From an uncultured Actinomycetota bacterium (GTDB lineage Bacteria; Actinomycetota; Actinomycetes; Propionibacteriales; Nocardioidaceae): a DNA stretch of 64,000 bases. The notes beneath the pieces were generated by a model. It was not told where the DNA came from. It searched no databases and saw only the letters and a list, made by a program, of their open reading frames with translations. The position numbers and the translations under genes were made by a program. The stretch spans positions 837,711 to 901,710 of the forward strand of contig CAVOQH010000002.1 of the NCBI GenBank assembly GCA_963698315.1. The letters are read 5' to 3'. How positions within the stretch are numbered: position 1 is the stretch's first letter; the number at the start of each line of letters is the position of its first letter. Of the stretch, positions 60,836-64,000 are shown in pieces.

Positions 60836-61613
60836 TCAGAGGCGGCGCTTGACCCAGGCGGTCGGGCCCATGACGATCCGGGGCTGCAGGGCCGGGTCGA
60901 GCCGGCGCACGACCCAGCGGACGTCGCGCAACGGCGCGGCCACGCAGCCGGCGGTGTGGCGGGAGCGCTGCACGTGCAGGAAGATCCCGCCACCGCGCCG
61001 GGTGTCGGCCGGCCGGTCGGCGACGTACTGCCGCCGCTGCGCCGACCAGTGCACGCCGCGGGGGAGGTTGAAGCCGAGCACCACGCCGTAGGCGTACTCG
61101 TAGCCGTAGGACGCCAGCCGCTCGCGGTAGTCGGGTCTCCACTGCGAGGACCGGGCCTGCCGGGGCTGGTAGATGTTGTAGGTCGCCGGGTCCCGCGGCT
61201 CGTAGGGCCAGACGTCGTCGTCGGTCGACGTGCTCGTAGCGGACCCGGGCGCCGGGGTCGGGCCGGTTGCCGAAGGCGTACTCCATCGCGAAGCTCCCGG
61301 CCGGGGTGGTGCCGGTGTTCTGCCGCCGCTTCCCGGCGGGCACCCAGCCGTTCCAGCCCAGCCGCACCCGCACCGGACCGCGCACCCGCTCCCACGTCTC
61401 GCCGCGCTTGCGCCACACGGCGAGCTGCGCACGGGTGTCGGACCAGCGGTCGCTGGTGACGGTGACGAGCTGCTGCACGCCCGCCTCCAGGGAGAGGTAC
61501 GACGGGAGCGGCCGGGCCGCCGACGCGGCCGGCGGCGCGACGAGGCCGGCCGCCAGCAGCGCCGTCGCCGCGAGGACCGACCCGAGCCGGAGCCCGTCGG
61601 GACGCACGCTCAA
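60836..61613 (-). CDS. Secreted YkuD-like L,D-transpeptidase-family protein; apparent frameshift near 61225
   Basis: Signal peptide; RRQNTGTTPAG, GGGIFLHV...TAGCVA. Confidence 0.8.
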
Positions 61614-62404
61614 CGGCCCTCGTAGACCGGCTTCTCCTTGGCCACGAACGCCTCCACCGCGTGGTGGTGGTCGCGCGTGCCGCCGGTCAGCGCCATCATC
61701 TCCGCCTCGTAGGCCAGCGAGGACTCGAAGTCGTGGCCGGCCGAGTAGGCCACCGAGCGGCGCACCGCCCCGAACGCCACGGTCGGGCCGGCCGCGAGGG
61801 TCGCGGCCAGCGTGGACGCCTCGGCGGCGAGGTCGTCGGCCGGCACCACCTGGGTGGCCAGGCCCAGGTCGAGGGACTCCTGGGCGGGGATGGTGCGCGG
61901 GAAGTAGAGCAGCTCGATCGCCCGGGCCCGGCCGACCAGCCGCTGCAGCGTCCACGACGCCCCGGTGTCGCACGACAACGCCACGCCGGTGAAGGCGAGG
62001 TTGAACCCGGCGGTGTCGGCGACCAGGCGGAAGTCGCACGCGAAGGCCAGGCTGGCGCCCGCCCCGGCCGCGACGCCGTTGACGGCGGCGACGACCGGCT
62101 TGGGCATGGTCGCCAGCGCGGTGACGATCGGGTTGTAGTGCTCGGGCACCGTGCGGAAGAGCTCGTCGGAGGAGCTGCTCTGCAGGATCCCGATGTGCTC
62201 CTTGAGGTCCTGGCCCACGCAGAACGCCCGGCCGGTGCCGGTCAGCACCACGCAGCGCACGGCCTGGTCCTCGGCGACCTGCTGGACGGCGTCGCGGAGC
62301 GCGACCTTGGTGGCCACGTCGAGGCTGTTCATCGCGTCGGGGCGGTCGAGGGTGATCGTCGCGACGCCGTCGTGGACGTCGAGGCGGACGGGCTGGTCGC
62401 TCAT
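61610..62404 (-). CDS. Enoyl-CoA hydratase/isomerase (PaaG-like)
   Basis: TLDRPDAMN, AFCVGQDL, PKPVVAAVNGVAAGAG, AFVAKEKP. Confidence 0.92.
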   Translation of the reverse strand: MSDQPVRLDVHDGVATITLDRPDAMNSLDVATKVALRDAVQQVAEDQAVRCVVLTGTGRAFCVGQDLKEHIGILQSSSSDELFRTVPEHYNPIVTALATMPKPVVAAVNGVAAGAGASLAFACDFRLVADTAGFNLAFTGVALSCDTGASWTLQRLVGRARAIELLYFPRTIPAQESLDLGLATQVVPADDLAAEASTLAATLAAGPTVAFGAVRRSVAYSAGHDFESSLAYEAEMMALTGGTRDHHHAVEAFVAKEKPVYEGR

Positions 62405-63231
62405 GGGGTGGATCCTCCGATGGGTGCGGGAGCGGGCTCGGACAGGCAGTGGTCGACGAAGCGGGAGGCCGCCGGCAGCAGGCTGCCCGCCTCGTCGGCG
62501 AAGAAGCGTGCGGCGGCGTCGCCCGGCCACGGCGCGGGCAGCAGCTCGGCCGGCAGCCCCGGGTCGGTGAACAGGAACTTGCGCCACTCGTGCACGAGCA
62601 GCGAGCGCACCGCGAACGCGCCCTCGTCGTCGTCGGTCGAGGGGCGGCCGGGCAGGTGCCGGCCCGGGTCGGTCACCAGGTCGGCGGCGAACCGGTGCCA
62701 CTGCTGGTACGCCGCCGCGAGCGCGTCGAGGTCCCACGACCGGGCGGCCTGGCCCCGGGGGTCGTCGTCGCGGGCCTCGAACCGGGTGTGCGCGACCGAC
62801 TCGTCGTCGAGCAGCGAGGTGGCCTCCGGGGACGCGAAGGGGCTGATCCAGGTGGAGTCGCTGATCGCGGCGTACCCCAGGAAGCCCAGGCCCGACCGGA
62901 CCCGCTCCCGTGCCGCGCGGGCCGGCACCGGGGCGAGCACGAGCAGGTCCCAGGCGCCGTCCCAGGGCTGCTCGCGGGTGCGGTAGATCCGCGCGGCCGC
63001 GTCGTCCAGGCGCTGGGTCGCGTGCCGGGTGAGCGCGTAGCCGGGGCCGGTGGGCAGCCGGACGGGCTCGAGCCAGCCCTGCCGGACCATCCGCGAGATC
63101 GAGGTGCGCACCGCCGGCGCGGTGACCCCGAGCGGGGCCAGCAGCCGCACCAGCGCGGCGACCGGCGCCTGCCCGCCGCGGCTGCGCAGGTGGTCCCCGA
63201 AGAGGTCGAAGAGCGCGGAGCGGGCATGCAC
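62401..63231 (-). CDS. PaaX-family transcriptional regulator
   Basis: ARSALFDLFGD, AVRTSISRM, WDGAW, WRKFLFTDPGLPAELLP..WPG. Confidence 0.9.
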   Translation of the reverse strand: MHARSALFDLFGDHLRSRGGQAPVAALVRLLAPLGVTAPAVRTSISRMVRQGWLEPVRLPTGPGYALTRHATQRLDDAAARIYRTREQPWDGAWDLLVLAPVPARAARERVRSGLGFLGYAAISDSTWISPFASPEATSLLDDESVAHTRFEARDDDPRGQAARSWDLDALAAAYQQWHRFAADLVTDPGRHLPGRPSTDDDEGAFAVRSLLVHEWRKFLFTDPGLPAELLPAPWPGDAAARFFADEAGSLLPAASRFVDHCLSEPAPAPIGGSTP

Positions 63232-63286
63232 AGACCGCAGTCTGCCGCACCAGGTTGCGAACTCCCGGGCAGCCCGAGGTGAGTTT

Positions 63287-63300
63287 GGGGGATAATGGGC
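63287..63300 (+). promoter_or_regulatory. Putative -10 element for the DUF3117 gene
   Basis: GGGG-GATAAT-GGGC about 110 nt upstream of the ATG. Confidence 0.4.
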
Positions 63301-63407
63301 TCCGAACGCAGGCAGCGCCAGGTCACTGCGCAGCCCGGGGGGCCCCGGATGTGGAGCGACCACGACACGCAACGGCGCACAGAACTGGTACAGGAAGAGG
63401 TGTGCGC

Positions 63408-63575
63408 ATGGCGGCGATGAAGCCGCGGACGGGCGACGGTCCGCTCGAGGTCACCAAGGAGGGACGCGGCATCGTGATGCGGGTCCCGCTCGAGGGTGGT
63501 GGCCGTCTCGTGGTCGAGCTCAATGCCGACGAGGCAGGTGCGCTCGGTGAGGCGCTCAAGGAGGTCGTGGGCTGA
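63408..63575 (+). CDS. DUF3117 small conserved actinobacterial protein
   Basis: MAAMKPRTGDGPLEVTKEGRGIVMRVPLEGGGRLVVEL. Confidence 0.93.
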   Translation: MAAMKPRTGDGPLEVTKEGRGIVMRVPLEGGGRLVVELNADEAGALGEALKEVVG

Positions 63576-63703
63576 CCCCACGTCCTGACACCAGCCAGGC
63601 ACCGGACCCCGTCCACCGCTCAGGTGGGCGGGGTCCTGCCGTGCTGCGGGCTCCCGAGTAGGGTCGGCTGCGGCAGCAGTCCGTACGTCAGGAGCGTCCC
63701 GTC

Positions 63704-64000
63704 GTGTCCCTTCCCAGCCAGGTCAGCCCGCCCCAGGTGGCGCTCAGCGACGTGGCTCCGTCCGCCGTCGTGGGCGCCGACGTCGTCGCGATCCCGGTGC
63801 TCGCCGGCACCGGGGAGGACGGGCCGTCGCTCGGCCCCGGCGCCGCGGAGCTGCTCGACGAGCTGCCCGAGGACCTCTTCGCCCTGCTCGACCTGCACCG
63901 GGCGACGGGTGCGGCCGGCGAGATCGTCGACCGGGCCGTGCTCGACACCTCCGGCCTCTCCAACCACTCCCTGACCGAGGTGCTGCTCGTCGGCGTCGGT
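63704..64000 (+). CDS. Probable leucyl aminopeptidase N-terminus (3'-partial)
   Basis: Open frame MSLPSQVSPP...TGAAGEIV...VLLVGVG to the window end; AGGAG SD; follows DUF3117. Confidence 0.65.
   Translation, partial: MSLPSQVSPPQVALSDVAPSAVVGADVVAIPVLAGTGEDGPSLGPGAAELLDELPEDLFALLDLHRATGAAGEIVDRAVLDTSGLSNHSLTEVLLVGVG

Noticed and set aside
545-61230. Split genes as pseudogenes or programmed frameshifts
   Set aside because: Too many unrelated genes are affected, no slippery heptamer or stimulatory structure was noticed, and both halves look intact

Overview
High-GC actinobacterial chromosome segment. Gene order and short intergenic repeats suggest Nocardioides/Nocardioidaceae (inference). A core backbone (glpX, DUF4245, xseBA, ispH, rmuC, xth, ychF ... 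mshB, fdxA, dapC, dapD, dapE, LOG, DivIVA-like, enoyl-CoA hydratase, PaaX, DUF3117, leucyl aminopeptidase) is interrupted by accessory blocks. These are: (i) a molybdate ABC + TOBE-HTH regulator + ArsB-like transporter; (ii) directly after the ychF 3' end, which carries att-like arm repeats, a compositionally atypical stress module: a 7-gene Asp23/AmaP operon including a minimal HPD/J-like protein, a small Lys-rich protein and a lone gvpA, with SigB/SigF-type promoter motifs; (iii) a conservon (actinobacterial G-protein system) whose fifth gene is an orphan amino-acid-binding lipoprotein; (iv) a TreT-like glycosyltransferase, a Cys-poor sulfonate ABC/monooxygenase operon and aqpZ; (v) several peptidoglycan-remodelling genes among the dap genes. 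The most striking single gene is a 94-aa protein (52104-52388, minus strand) that aligns by eye with the Hfq/Sm fold, although Actinobacteria are generally held to lack Hfq. About 16 genes show apparent single-base frameshifts, most likely sequencing/assembly indels. No rRNA, tRNA, CRISPR array, transposase or integrase was recognised. All family calls come from motif recognition; no searches were run.
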